Source: Candidatus Bathyarchaeota archaeon
GTDB lineage: Archaea > Thermoproteota > Bathyarchaeia > 40CM-2-53-6 > DTDX01
Length of the DNA: 64,000 bases
NCBI GenBank assembly: GCA_018396775.1
Contig: JAGTRF010000002.1
Coordinates: forward strand, 14,069 to 78,068
Reading direction: 5' to 3'
Shown: positions 1 through 10,250 of the stretch, in pieces
Layout of the letters: every line of letters begins with the position of its first letter
How positions within the stretch are numbered: position 1 is the stretch's first letter
Made by a program: the position numbers and the translations under genes
Notes under the pieces: generated by a model
Databases searched by the model: none
What the model saw: the letters and a program-made list of their open reading frames with translations, nothing else
Told to the model about the DNA's origin: nothing

Positions 1-75
1 GTCCCTCTACACTATGCTTTAATCCATTATATTCTATTTGAACTTTAACTTTTTTAGATTCAAAATTCATATTCT

Positions 76-573
76 TCACCCCTTCAATTTTGGAATAACA
101 TTCTTCAGAAAATAATCTAAACCATAAGTTGTAATTCTATATTCGCCTTTCCCCACTCGTTCAACTAAATTTTCAGAGCATAATTCGCTTAATCTTCCAG
201 CAACGCTTCCAACGCTATGTTTAGTTGAAGATAAAATATCGCTGATAAGCAAGCTTTCTTTTTCTGATTTATTAAGCAATCTACTAATTTTCGCTTTAAC
301 TAAGTAAAGTAAAATTAACTCTTTATCTGGTAATGTTTCAACATCAACTAATGTTACAACTCCCTCAGGTGTTACTGCAACTATTCCTTGACAAGCTTTT
401 AATAAATCATTAACATCAACTGTTAATGAAAGTTTTGAAGCCAACTCCATTTTAGGATAGATTTTCGTTAAAAATGAGATAAGCTCCCTTAAAACCTCAT
501 CAACTTCCCCTGTAATCTTTTTTTCAAAATCTTTATGTTTTAAGTAAACTTCAATCTTTTTTTCTTCGCTCAA
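76..573 (-). CDS. Hypothetical protein with C-terminal winged-helix DNA-binding domain
   Basis: C-terminal SVAGRLSELCSENLVERVGKGEYRITTYG is wHTH-like; paralogous to 577..1038. Confidence 0.6.
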   Translation of the reverse strand: MSEEKKIEVYLKHKDFEKKITGEVDEVLRELISFLTKIYPKMELASKLSLTVDVNDLLKACQGIVAVTPEGVVTLVDVETLPDKELILLYLVKAKISRLLNKSEKESLLISDILSSTKHSVGSVAGRLSELCSENLVERVGKGEYRITTYGLDYFLKNVIPKLKG

Positions 574-576
574 AAA

Positions 577-1038
577 TTAACCTCCCGACTTAAATGAAGA
601 AATTAACTTTTCTATCCATTTTTTTCCAGAAACAGTTAACCTGTAAGCCTCCCCCTCTTTGTAGGCTAAGCCCTCCCGTTTTAACTCGCTAAGCCTGCTA
701 GCAAAACCTACAGAAAGAAAACCGCTTAAATTCAATAATCGGCTTAGCTCTTTAGGTTTTAATCCATTAGGTTCCGTAGCGTAAAGAAGCAATCCTACTG
801 CTTCTCTATCTGTTAACTTCTCTCTTGAAACCGTTATTAATGGGCCATCAGGCGTATTTTCAACAATACCTTTAAGAACTTCTTTCTCGCTTATTCCAGA
901 AGAGCTTGCAACTATCATACCGTCTATAACTTCAAGCCACTCTGGAAAACCTTTAAGATTCTCTATTAATTCGTCGAAGTTTTCTCCTTCAATTTCAATA
1001 TTTCCATAGCTTCTATGAAGCGTTATTCTAACTTTCAA
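577..1038 (-). CDS. Hypothetical protein with C-terminal winged-helix domain
   Basis: FASRLSELKREGLAYKEGEAYRLTVSG; 3-bp gap to its paralog. Confidence 0.6.
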   Translation of the reverse strand: MKVRITLHRSYGNIEIEGENFDELIENLKGFPEWLEVIDGMIVASSSGISEKEVLKGIVENTPDGPLITVSREKLTDREAVGLLLYATEPNGLKPKELSRLLNLSGFLSVGFASRLSELKREGLAYKEGEAYRLTVSGKKWIEKLISSFKSGG

Positions 1039-1059
1039 GCCTATTCACACATTTTTATT

Positions 1060-1118
1060 TTAAACGTTAAAGTATATAAACTTTTCTGTATAAAGTATAT
1101 AATATACGTAACGTTTAA
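1060..1118. promoter_or_regulatory. Putative operator/promoter: 10-bp inverted repeat around two 12-bp direct repeats
   Basis: TTAAACGTTA (1060-1069)/TAACGTTTAA (1109-1118); TAAAGTATATAA at 1068-1079 and 1091-1102. Confidence 0.4.
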
Positions 1119-1314
1119 CTAATACACTTAATCATCCATAAATGAATGGAATAAGCGAAAAATAAAATTTTAGAGTAAAGCCAATTTTTGACAAGAAAAA
1201 GTAAATATTTAAGGTTTTTCATGAAGTTTAACCGCGATTCTAAGCTTATTTATTAACAGAAAACGTATAAATAAAAGTGTTTCTTCAACGAAATAGAGCT
1301 GGAGGTTATGAAAA

Positions 1315-1467
1315 ATGGAAATGTTTTGCGTTAAATGCAGAAAAAAAGTATCTGTAAATGACGACGCAGTGCAAAAAGAAACAACAAGCAAAGGAAGAAT
1401 TTTACTTAAAGCAACATGTCCTCTATGCAACTCTAAAATAACCAAGTTTGCTAAATCTACATCATAA
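1315..1467 (+). CDS. Small zinc-ribbon protein, DUF5679/Cren7-like (50 aa, missed by ORF track)
   Basis: GGAGG at 1301-1305; MEMFCVKCRKKV...KGRILLKATCPLCNSKITKF with two CxxC motifs. Confidence 0.8.
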   Translation: MEMFCVKCRKKVSVNDDAVQKETTSKGRILLKATCPLCNSKITKFAKSTS

Positions 1468-1488
1468 ACTGTTTCCAACTTAGATTTC

Positions 1489-1526
1489 TTCAGATACTGG
1501 AAAACTCCAGTATCTGAAACTTTTTT
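1489..1526 (+). terminator. 13-bp perfect hairpin followed by a T-run
   Basis: TTCAGATACTGGA-AAAC-TCCAGTATCTGAA then ACTTTTTT, just after the 1467 stop. Confidence 0.55.
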
Positions 1527-1869
1527 AATTTTACTTTAAAACTATGTAAGAATTAAAGACTTAATCCTACTTTTTAGAAAAACATATTTTTTGTTTATTC
1601 ATTAAATTAAAAATGGCTTGTTTTAAAAAGTTGAAAGCGTGAAATTAAACTAAAATATTTAAGCTTGGCTAAAAGGCTTTCAAGTTAAAGCTTATTTGAA
1701 TGCTCTTAAAGTTTTATTTTAATAAAGGAATAAAGGGCTTAATTACCCTTGAAAGAACTATTGGCCAAACCAAAAAATTTATATTATGATTTTGTTTTTG
1801 CATTAATAATGCTTACGAAATTTTGTGAGTTATGTTATTATTTAAAAAGCTTAAAGGAGGTTTTATGAT

Positions 1870-3528
1870 ATGGCAGTTGAATCTGCTCCAGAACTTGCTG
1901 GAACCCCGATTTTAATATTAAAAGAGGGTACTACACGATCTAGGGGGCGAGAAGCTCAGCATGCGAATATAACTGCTGCTAAAATCATCGCTGAAACGGT
2001 GAAAAGCTCTTTAGGCCCAAAAGGTATGGATAAAATGCTTGTTGACAGCTTTGGAGATGTTACTATTACTAATGATGGGGCTACTATTCTTGATGAGGTT
2101 GATGTTCAGCATCCAGCAGCTAAAATGATGGTTGAAGTAGCTAAAACACAAGATAATGAAGTAGGCGATGGAACAACAACAGCCGTAGTATTAGCAGGAG
2201 AGCTTCTTACTAAAGCTGAAGAGCTTATCGATAAAGATGTTCACCCAACTATAATTGTTGATGGATATAGAACTGCAGCTGAGAAGGCTCTTGGATTTCT
2301 TAATGAAATAGCTATTAAAGTTGAGCCAACTGATAAAGAATTTTTAAAGAAAGTTGCTAAAGTGGCTGTAGCTAGTAAATTACTTTCTGAATATAAAGAT
2401 TATATCGCTGATTTAACTGTGAATGCTGTGCTTCAAGTTGCTGAGAAAACTCCAGAAGGCTATAAAGTTGATATTGACGATATAAAAGTTGAAAAAAAAG
2501 CTGGAGAATCTTTAATGGATACAAAATTGGTTAAAGGTGTGGTGCTTGATAAAGAAGTTGTTCATCCAGGAATGCCTAAAAGAATTGATAATGCTAAAAT
2601 AGCCTTGCTTAATTGTCCTTTAGAAATTGAAAAAACAGAAATGGATGCTAAAATAAACATAGAGACGCCAGAGCAAATGGATGCTTTCCTTAAGGAAGAA
2701 GAAAGAATGCTTAAAGAAATGGTTGAGAAAATCGCTAAAGCTGGAGCTAATGTTGTTATTTGTCAAAAAGGAATCGATGATATGGCTCAACATTTCTTAG
2801 CTAAAAAAGGAATTTTAGCTGTTCGCAGAGCTAAAGAATCAGATATGGAAAAGCTTGCTAAAGCTACAGGTGGTAGAATAATAACGAATCTTGATGATTT
2901 ATCTTCTAAAGATTTAGGTTTCGCTAAAATTGTTGAGGAAAGAAAAGTTGCAGATGATAAAATGACTTTTATTGAAGGGTGCAAAAACCCGAAATCTGTT
3001 ACAATCCTTGTTCGTGGAGGAGCTGAAAGAATAGTTAATGAAGCTGAAAGAGCCATTCATGATGCTTTATGCGTTATAAGAGACGTAGTTGTAGATCCAA
3101 GAGTTGTAGGCGGTGGAGGTGCTCCTGAAACTGAGGTAGCTAGAAAGTTAAGGCAATACGCTGAGAAGTTAGCTGGAAAAGAACAGTTGGCTGTTTTAGC
3201 TTTCGCTGAAGCCTTAGACTCTATACCAATGACTTTATCTGAAAATGCTGGTTTAGATCCGATAGATATAATCACAGAGTTAAGATCTAAACATGATAAA
3301 GGAGAGATGTGGGCTGGCGTAGATATTTTTTCAGGTAAAGTTTCTGATATGACTAAAAACGATGTTTATGAACCATTAGTTGTTAAAACTCAAGTTATTA
3401 AATCTGCAAGTGAAGCCGCAACAATGATATTAAGAATTGACGATGTAATAGCTGCTTCCAAAACTAAAGAAGAAAAGGGACCGCCAAAGGGGCCAGAAGA
3501 GAGTGGTGAAGAATTCGGAGAAACTTAA
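1870..3528 (+). CDS. ths: Thermosome subunit (group II chaperonin)
   Basis: [17 protein letters not shown] and GDGTTT motifs. Confidence 0.97.
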   Translation: MAVESAPELAGTPILILKEGTTRSRGREAQHANITAAKIIAETVKSSLGPKGMDKMLVDSFGDVTITNDGATILDEVDVQHPAAKMMVEVAKTQDNEVGDGTTTAVVLAGELLTKAEELIDKDVHPTIIVDGYRTAAEKALGFLNEIAIKVEPTDKEFLKKVAKVAVASKLLSEYKDYIADLTVNAVLQVAEKTPEGYKVDIDDIKVEKKAGESLMDTKLVKGVVLDKEVVHPGMPKRIDNAKIALLNCPLEIEKTEMDAKINIETPEQMDAFLKEEERMLKEMVEKIAKAGANVVICQKGIDDMAQHFLAKKGILAVRRAKESDMEKLAKATGGRIITNLDDLSSKDLGFAKIVEERKVADDKMTFIEGCKNPKSVTILVRGGAERIVNEAERAIHDALCVIRDVVVDPRVVGGGGAPETEVARKLRQYAEKLAGKEQLAVLAFAEALDSIPMTLSENAGLDPIDIITELRSKHDKGEMWAGVDIFSGKVSDMTKNDVYEPLVVKTQVIKSASEAATMILRIDDVIAASKTKEEKGPPKGPEESGEEFGET

Positions 3529-3532
3529 ATCT

Positions 3533-3787
3533 ATGGAAAAAACATTAATAGGACCGAAAAAACTTACTCGGTTTGAAAAAACTAGAATCGTTGGCGCGAG
3601 AGCGATGCAAATAGCTATGGGCGCTCCAGTATTAATAGATATTCCACCAGAAGTTAAATCTCCAATTGATATAGCTCTCTTAGAGCTTGAAGAAAGTATT
3701 TTACCAATAAGCATTAGACGTCAACTTCCGGATGGAACAAGCCAAAATATTCCTCTTAAACTATTATTGAAATCTGAAGAAGATTAA
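3533..3787 (+). CDS. rpoK: RNA polymerase subunit Rpo6/K
   Basis: LTRFEKTRIVGARAMQIAMGAP; start moved to the ATG at 3533. Confidence 0.93.
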   Translation: MEKTLIGPKKLTRFEKTRIVGARAMQIAMGAPVLIDIPPEVKSPIDIALLELEESILPISIRRQLPDGTSQNIPLKLLLKSEED

Positions 3788-4041
3788 ACTTTTTTTAACT
3801 CAAAAACCTCTTCCACTCTGGTTTTTTATGAAAATTAATCATTGGTTTTATTCTTTTCTAGTAATGAGCATTATTTCATTTTCTTTGCTTACCACAAGGT
3901 TTTTTTCAATTCAAATATTCGCTTTTGAATTTGAATTTTGCATTTTTTATTTTCCAACAATAGCTTTATTTTTAGCTTGGCTTTTAACAAAGAAAAAGTA
4001 AAGTTAATTGAAATGCTATTTTTGAGGGAAAGGGGCTTGCT

Positions 4042-5253
4042 TTGAAAGTTTATATGGCTGTTTGCGGAATAGGTTTAGGGCATGTAACAAGATGTGAGCC
4101 TATAGGTAGATTGTTAAAAAATAAAGGTGTAAATGTTGTTTTTTCAACTTGCTTTGAAGCTGCTAATTATTTAAGAAGAATAGGATACAATATTTTTGAA
4201 ACATTACAAATGAGTTACGCTGTAAATGAAGATGGAACTGTTGATTATAAAGCTTCTTTAGCGTATAACCCAGGTTTTTTTCATGCAATAAAACTTTCTC
4301 TTAAAGAGTTGGCTTATGAATTAAAAAGAATAGAAGAGTATAATCCTAACCTTGTTTTTTCAGATTCTAGAATGGCACCAATTTTAATAGCTAAAATGCT
4401 AGGCATACCTAACGTTTTAATGTTAAATCAATTTAAAGTAAATATTATTAATTCTAGTTTTAATAACTCTTTGATTGAGGAAGCATCATTTAAATTAATG
4501 AAGGTTTTATGGGGTGCTTCAAGCAGTGTTATTGAAGGAATTTGGAGTTTAAGTGACCAAATTTTAATTCCAGATTTACCCTACCCATATACTGTTTCGT
4601 CTAGGAACTTGGCGATTCCAAAAGCTTTTGAGAAGAAAATAAAATTTGTTGGACCTATAATCCCAATTAAATATAGCGATTTGCCTAATGAAGAAACAAT
4701 TAAGAAAGAGTTAAATATCGATGAATCTAAAATAACTGTTTACGCTGTTGTTAGCGGTCCAAAAAAAGAAAAAGCTTGGTTGCTAAATAAACTTATGAAA
4801 ATTCTTCAAGTTTTCCCTGAGAAATATGAGGTGATTCTTTCCAAAGGAGATCCTAAAGGAGATGTAACCTTAAAGAAAATTGGTAAAATTAAAGTTTATG
4901 ATTGGGTTGATGAAGAAACTCAATTTAAGCTTTTTAAAGCATCTGACATTATCGTTGGGAGAGCTGGTCATGGTGTAATAATGAAAGCTTTAGCTTATAA
5001 AAAGCCGATTATTACTATTCCGATTCCGGGTCAAGCTGAACAATATGGAAATGCTGAACGGATTGAACAGTTAAAGCTTGGAAAAATGATTAAGCAAGAG
5101 AAGCTTAATGAAGAAGCTTTGTTAAACGCTGTGGAGAACCTGCTTAAATTAAAAGATAGTAAAGAATTAAATAATGTTTTTAAAGTTTTAAACTCATTTG
5201 ATGCTGTGAAAACAATTTTAAACTTAATCTTAGAAATGCTTAATCAACAATAG
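4042..5253 (+). CDS. GT-B glycosyltransferase, GT28/MJ1255-like
   Basis: GIGLGHVTR, GRAGHG and IPIPGQAEQYGNA motifs. Confidence 0.85.
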   Translation: MKVYMAVCGIGLGHVTRCEPIGRLLKNKGVNVVFSTCFEAANYLRRIGYNIFETLQMSYAVNEDGTVDYKASLAYNPGFFHAIKLSLKELAYELKRIEEYNPNLVFSDSRMAPILIAKMLGIPNVLMLNQFKVNIINSSFNNSLIEEASFKLMKVLWGASSSVIEGIWSLSDQILIPDLPYPYTVSSRNLAIPKAFEKKIKFVGPIIPIKYSDLPNEETIKKELNIDESKITVYAVVSGPKKEKAWLLNKLMKILQVFPEKYEVILSKGDPKGDVTLKKIGKIKVYDWVDEETQFKLFKASDIIVGRAGHGVIMKALAYKKPIITIPIPGQAEQYGNAERIEQLKLGKMIKQEKLNEEALLNAVENLLKLKDSKELNNVFKVLNSFDAVKTILNLILEMLNQQ

Positions 5254-6791
5254 CAACTTTTAATTGTTTTAACCTTTAATTCTATAGGATGCGAAATTGA
5301 AGGTAAGCCTTGTTGATACTCAAAAATTTTTTCCTCCCTTCCTTTACGCTCTATTAACCAAATAAATAGATCATAAAGCTTCCGCATTATGAAACTATAC
5401 CATTTTCCTTGAATGTAACAATCTATAATTTCTTTTGCATATTTAATATCGTGGGTTAAGCATTTCACCATTAACTCTTTTTGTAAATCTGTTAAATCCT
5501 CATATTTAAACCAGTCTTTATTTTTTAGTTTACCCATAGGAACAAAAAATAATGGAACAATCATGCTTTTAAACCAATTTAAATCCTCAACTAACTCTAT
5601 AGTTCTAATTACATCGTCATCAATTTCTTCAGGTAAACCAGTTATCAATGTGCAGGCTGGAATTAACCCATAATCATTCATTAAGCCTGCAGCTTTCTCT
5701 ACAACTTCTCGCCATTCTTCAGGCTTAAAAGGCTTAGCTTTAGCTGGCATAGCCAACTTAACTAATCTAGGTGAACCTGTTTCTATACCTATTTGAGCTC
5801 CCCACCATTTTTGATCTTCATCAATAATTATCTCTGAAACTTCTTTAAACAATTTTGGGTCAGCTGCTATAGCAGCCATACTAACATGGCTCCAGCAAAA
5901 ATTCTTCATATATTTTTTAGTTAATTTATGCAGCTCAAGAATTTTTTCTCTATTAGGCATAACTGATTTAGAACCGTAAAGCAGCGCATCTTCAGCGTGA
6001 AGAATCCCTGAAGTTATTCCACCTTTAATGTTTACCTGAAGTTCCTTCTCTATTTTATCAAGTGGATACCATCTTAAAGGCTTTAAAGTTACACTGCAAA
6101 AGTTGCATCCTCTAGGGCATCCTCGTCCAATTTCAATTAAACCATTAATCGATGGATTTTTAATCTCTGAAATCTCATTTAAGCTAGGTAAATTATGAAT
6201 GTTAACTTCAAAATAGCTTGGTAAATCTTCTCCTTTTAAAGCTTTCCTTATAAGATCACCAATAACTCGTTCAGCTTCTCCATCAACTACGCAATCTATT
6301 CCATACTCTTTTTGTTCTTCAACTCTATACTTAAATTGCCAAACTCCAGCTCCTCCTACAATTATTTTTAAGCCATGTTTTTTAGCTTGTTTAACTTCAG
6401 GCTTCATAAATAACTCTTTAAAATACTTTAATAAGTAAGGCTCACCTGTACGAAGAATTCTAGCGAAAGTTGTTGATGAAGGCCCTAAACCAAAAGGATC
6501 CATAACATGAACACATAAAACTTTAGCGTTTTTAATATATTTTTTCAAGTGATCAGGGTCAACTGTAAGCGCGTTAAAACCCTCATCTAAAAGTTTAGCT
6601 TCAATTTTTCTAAGTCCATAAGGCGCCTCAAGCGGTAAACCCCTCTTATTTTTTACTGGAGGGAAAAACATAATTTTATAAAACCATTCTGGTAAAATAT
6701 TCGGCGGAGCACTAGTAGCGAAACCAAGAAACTCTTTCCCACGATAATTACTCATTAATGTTCTATCAGCAGTAAGTATAATATCAACCAA
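5244..6791 (-). CDS. B12-binding radical SAM protein, GDGT ring synthase (Grs)/GMGT methylase-like
   Basis: RGCPRGCNFC; N-terminal LTADRTLMS and APYGLRKIEA segments recalled from Grs-family proteins. Confidence 0.65.
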   Translation of the reverse strand: MVDIILTADRTLMSNYRGKEFLGFATSAPPNILPEWFYKIMFFPPVKNKRGLPLEAPYGLRKIEAKLLDEGFNALTVDPDHLKKYIKNAKVLCVHVMDPFGLGPSSTTFARILRTGEPYLLKYFKELFMKPEVKQAKKHGLKIIVGGAGVWQFKYRVEEQKEYGIDCVVDGEAERVIGDLIRKALKGEDLPSYFEVNIHNLPSLNEISEIKNPSINGLIEIGRGCPRGCNFCSVTLKPLRWYPLDKIEKELQVNIKGGITSGILHAEDALLYGSKSVMPNREKILELHKLTKKYMKNFCWSHVSMAAIAADPKLFKEVSEIIIDEDQKWWGAQIGIETGSPRLVKLAMPAKAKPFKPEEWREVVEKAAGLMNDYGLIPACTLITGLPEEIDDDVIRTIELVEDLNWFKSMIVPLFFVPMGKLKNKDWFKYEDLTDLQKELMVKCLTHDIKYAKEIIDCYIQGKWYSFIMRKLYDLFIWLIERKGREEKIFEYQQGLPSISHPIELKVKTIKSCYC

Positions 6792-6837
6792 TATTAACCG
6801 CCTCCTAATTTCTAAATAAAAAAGAAGTAAACTGGTT

Positions 6838-8271
6838 TTAATATGGAATTACAGGAGCCAACCTCGCCTCCTCCTTAAGCATCGTGTAAAATGCTTTATT
6901 ATTTATGCAACCAGGGTCTGGAGCTAAGTAATCATTAAAGTAACCATAAGCTCTTGCCCTGCACCCACCACAGTAATATCTATATTCACATGTTCCGCAA
7001 TGTCCTTTTAAAATATCTTTATTTCTAAGATCTTTTAAAACTTTAGAATTAACCCACAACTCCTCTAAATTATCACTTCTAATGTTTCCAAGTTTTAATG
7101 GAAGGAAAACGCATGGTTGAATATCGCCATTAGGTTTTATAGCTATGTAAAATCTACCTGCGCCGCATCCCCCTATAAATTCAGCTAAACTTTTAATTTT
7201 TTCCCTTGATTTAGATGAATAAAAATGGCTTAAAACTAAAGCCTCGCTTTGGCAGGATGCTTCTAAGGAAACTCTAGCGAATTGAGGCGCTGTAGAAAGC
7301 ATAGCTACATTTGAATTTTGCATTCTTTCATAAAGCATTTTTAAAAGTTCTTCTCTTTCATCAGGCGTTAAATCTAGTTCTGTAATATCAACACCTCTTC
7401 CAGTTGGAATAAAATTATAAGCCATAAACCAATCTACGCCAAGCTTTTCACATAAATCCAATATTTTAGGGATTTCTTTATAATTCAACTTAGTGATTGT
7501 GGTTGAAACTTCAACAAAAAATTCTTCAGCTATAACGTTTTTAATTCCTTCAACAGCTTTATTAAATGCTCCTGGAACACCCCTAAAATAATCATGTGTT
7601 TCAGCTACAGCTCCATCAAGGCTAATTTGCACATAATCTATTCCAGCTTCCTTCATAGCTTTAGCCTTCTCTTTAGTTATTAAGGTAGCGTTTGTAGCTA
7701 CAGCTACATAAATTCCTTTATCAGATGCATATTTAGCAAGCTTAAGAAAATCTCTTCGCATAAACGGTTCTCCACCAGAAAAAGCTAAAATTGTTATACC
7801 AAATTTATCAAGCTTATCTATTGCTTTTAAAGCTTCCTCTGTATTTAACTCATTTACTTCTGCCCCTGCATTAGCTGAGCAATGCTTACACCTTAAATTA
7901 CAAGCATTAGTTACTTCCCAAACTACTTGAAAGGGGGCCCCTGGAGTAAAAGGTTTTGTAACACCAAATAAACCTAACCCTTTAACTACGCTGCTTAACC
8001 CCCTTCTCCAATATGAGTCAGCAAAAGTCTTCTTCATCTCTTCTTCTGAAACATTAAAGCTTCTTCTCCCAATCCTCAAAATTAAGCTTAAGATTTTTTC
8101 AGCAGCTTTACATTTTAAGCAAGCATCAGCTCTAACGCCTGAGTAAAGCTCTAAACCAGCTTCCAATCTATTTTTTCCATCTTTTTCGCAATAAGTTGAA
8201 ATATTTTTTAGTAAACTTCTTGTTAAAAGATTATTAGAAATTAACTTAAATGCCCGAATTTTCCCTTCCAA
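6838..8271 (-). CDS. Radical SAM/SPASM protein, possible GMGT synthase-like
   Basis: CNLRCKHC; SPASM GCGAGR...PC and CGTCEYRYYCGGCRARA; directly upstream of the Grs-like gene. Confidence 0.7.
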   Translation of the reverse strand: MEGKIRAFKLISNNLLTRSLLKNISTYCEKDGKNRLEAGLELYSGVRADACLKCKAAEKILSLILRIGRRSFNVSEEEMKKTFADSYWRRGLSSVVKGLGLFGVTKPFTPGAPFQVVWEVTNACNLRCKHCSANAGAEVNELNTEEALKAIDKLDKFGITILAFSGGEPFMRRDFLKLAKYASDKGIYVAVATNATLITKEKAKAMKEAGIDYVQISLDGAVAETHDYFRGVPGAFNKAVEGIKNVIAEEFFVEVSTTITKLNYKEIPKILDLCEKLGVDWFMAYNFIPTGRGVDITELDLTPDEREELLKMLYERMQNSNVAMLSTAPQFARVSLEASCQSEALVLSHFYSSKSREKIKSLAEFIGGCGAGRFYIAIKPNGDIQPCVFLPLKLGNIRSDNLEELWVNSKVLKDLRNKDILKGHCGTCEYRYYCGGCRARAYGYFNDYLAPDPGCINNKAFYTMLKEEARLAPVIPY

Positions 8272-8398
8272 ATTTTAAAACGCTCCGGTTAAATATACCT
8301 ATTTAACACCGAAAAATCTGAAATTTTATTTTATAAAAGAAGGTATTTAAAGCTTTCCGTGCTTTAAAAGAGATTGAAAAATAAGAGTTATCGCCTTC

Positions 8399-8420
8399 CT
8401 AAACCTTTTTAAAGGTTTAG
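8399..8420. repeat. 22-bp palindrome in intergenic region
   Basis: CTAAACCTTT-TT-AAAGGTTTAG. Confidence 0.5.
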
Positions 8421-8709
8421 CGATTTAAAGTAATGAACACTTTTACAAGAGTTTTGAATTAAGCTTCAGTTTACCTACTCTACGGTAAAGCTTTAGAAAG
8501 GCTTATAGCTGCAGATAAAACGAAAAGTAAGCTTAACGGTAAATAGCTTTCGCCTTTAAATTGTAATATGTGGATGAAAAAGAAATTTTGCAAAATGCTT
8601 GAATTCTTCATTAAAAGCATAGATTTATTTATTGAGTTTACTAAAGCTTGCTATACTGCTATTAGGAAAGCTCATTTTACCACCAATTGCATTGTAACAA
8701 AAATTAATT

Positions 8710-9843
8710 TTAATAGCTTCCAAGCAAATGGATATTTCCTATATAAACATTTCTTAAAAATTTTTTAGCGATTTTATAACAGTTTAATGCTTGAATTCTT
8801 GGTGTTATAGGTAAATCTTGCATCATAAAATCTGGGTGGAAAACTAAAAGCGAATATGGAATTTCATGGTTTAAACTTGAAATAAACTCTGAAATATTCT
8901 TTATCTCCTCTTCATCTACATAACCTGGAACCAAAAGTGTTGTAGCTGATAAAACGGGTAAATGCTCTCTTTTATTATAAAACTCTTTAGCTATAAACTC
9001 AAAGTTTTCATAAGCTTTTTTATTTGAGACTCCGCTTAAAGCTAAGCTTAAATTTTCATCGAAGCATTTTAAATCAAACTTAATGTTTCCACCGCTTTTA
9101 AAAGCTAATTCAACCGCTTCTTTAACTAAAAACTTGTTTCCACAACCATTCCACTCAAAGCAAACTCTAATTATTCTATTAGGATTTTCTTCAAGAATCT
9201 TTTTTGATGAAGCTAAAGCGAATGGAAGTTGAGGTTCAGGTGAACCGCCGAAAAAACATATACAAGAGTATTTTTCATCATTTTTAACAATTTTAGTAAA
9301 TTCGTTTAAAGATATTATTGAACCCAACTCTATATTTTTATGAGAAGCATTTTGACAAAATAAACAGTTAAAGTTGCATCCATAAAAGAATACAGCCAAA
9401 TTTTTATATCCTATTTCTGGCCCTTTAGTGTAAGTAAATTTTGGGTAGCCTACTCCTGTTCCAGCTGGGCAAAACCATGCGTTGCAGCAATTTGTAACAT
9501 GAGGATCTGGATACCAATGTAAAACTGCTTTCTCAACGTTTGATAAAGAAATTATTTTTCCATTTAAATTTCTTTTTAAACCGCAGTAGCTTCTCTCTCC
9601 GCTCCCAATTACGCATTCATTAGCGCATAAATTGCATGGAACTCCCCCCAAAGATTTAGGAGAAGTTGAAGGTAAATTGTATAAAGCTCTAACGTTTTCA
9701 TGAGTTTTCATTATTAAAGGTTTAGCTTCCTCAGGTTTTTCTTTAATGCATTTACCGCAAAGATTAAGAATGCTTGAAATTAACTCTCCTTTTTTACCGC
9801 AAAGCTTACATTCCTTATGCTTAAACATATTAAAACGAAACAT
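8710..9843 (-). CDS. Radical SAM protein, PFL-activase-like with N-terminal Cys clusters
   Basis: GCNFNCLFCQN, GGSPEPQ, N-terminal CxxC motifs; true start may be 9828. Confidence 0.8.
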   Translation of the reverse strand: MFRFNMFKHKECKLCGKKGELISSILNLCGKCIKEKPEEAKPLIMKTHENVRALYNLPSTSPKSLGGVPCNLCANECVIGSGERSYCGLKRNLNGKIISLSNVEKAVLHWYPDPHVTNCCNAWFCPAGTGVGYPKFTYTKGPEIGYKNLAVFFYGCNFNCLFCQNASHKNIELGSIISLNEFTKIVKNDEKYSCICFFGGSPEPQLPFALASSKKILEENPNRIIRVCFEWNGCGNKFLVKEAVELAFKSGGNIKFDLKCFDENLSLALSGVSNKKAYENFEFIAKEFYNKREHLPVLSATTLLVPGYVDEEEIKNISEFISSLNHEIPYSLLVFHPDFMMQDLPITPRIQALNCYKIAKKFLRNVYIGNIHLLGSY

Positions 9844-9878
9844 TTTTGAGCAGGGAAAAAATATTTTTAAAGGAAATT

Positions 9879-10250
9879 ATGGGCAACTTTTCTTTAATAA
9901 TAATTATTTCATACGCGGTTATATTAACTTTATTTATCCTTGTAGGAATATTAAATATTAAAGATATGAAAGTTAAAAAAAGAGATAGATGGGTTAAAAA
10001 AGATTCTATAGCGATGATTATAAGAGTATTGTTTTATGGTTTTTTAATAAGCTTTGCAATCATCGAGCTTGAAGCTTTAATTTTAATGTTTGGACGTTTT
10101 TCGCTTCAGTTTTTTGCTGGAAAAAGCTTACCTATTTATGTTTCTCGTTCTCTTTTAATTCTACCTATTCTCCCAGTTATTTTAATTGGGGTAGTTTATG
10201 CTATAGCTAAAAAGAGGGAATGGTATGAGCTTATTGATGAAGAAGAATAA
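9879..10250 (+). CDS. Small membrane protein (about 3 TM) overlapping the AAA-Lon gene
   Basis: Three hydrophobic segments; ATG at 9879 preferred over TTG at 9846; overlaps 10225. Confidence 0.7.
   Translation: MGNFSLIIIISYAVILTLFILVGILNIKDMKVKKRDRWVKKDSIAMIIRVLFYGFLISFAIIELEALILMFGRFSLQFFAGKSLPIYVSRSLLILPILPVILIGVVYAIAKKREWYELIDEEE

Noticed and set aside
1209-1478. 89-aa minus-strand ORF
   Set aside because: Shadow of the real plus-strand zinc-ribbon gene at 1315..1467.
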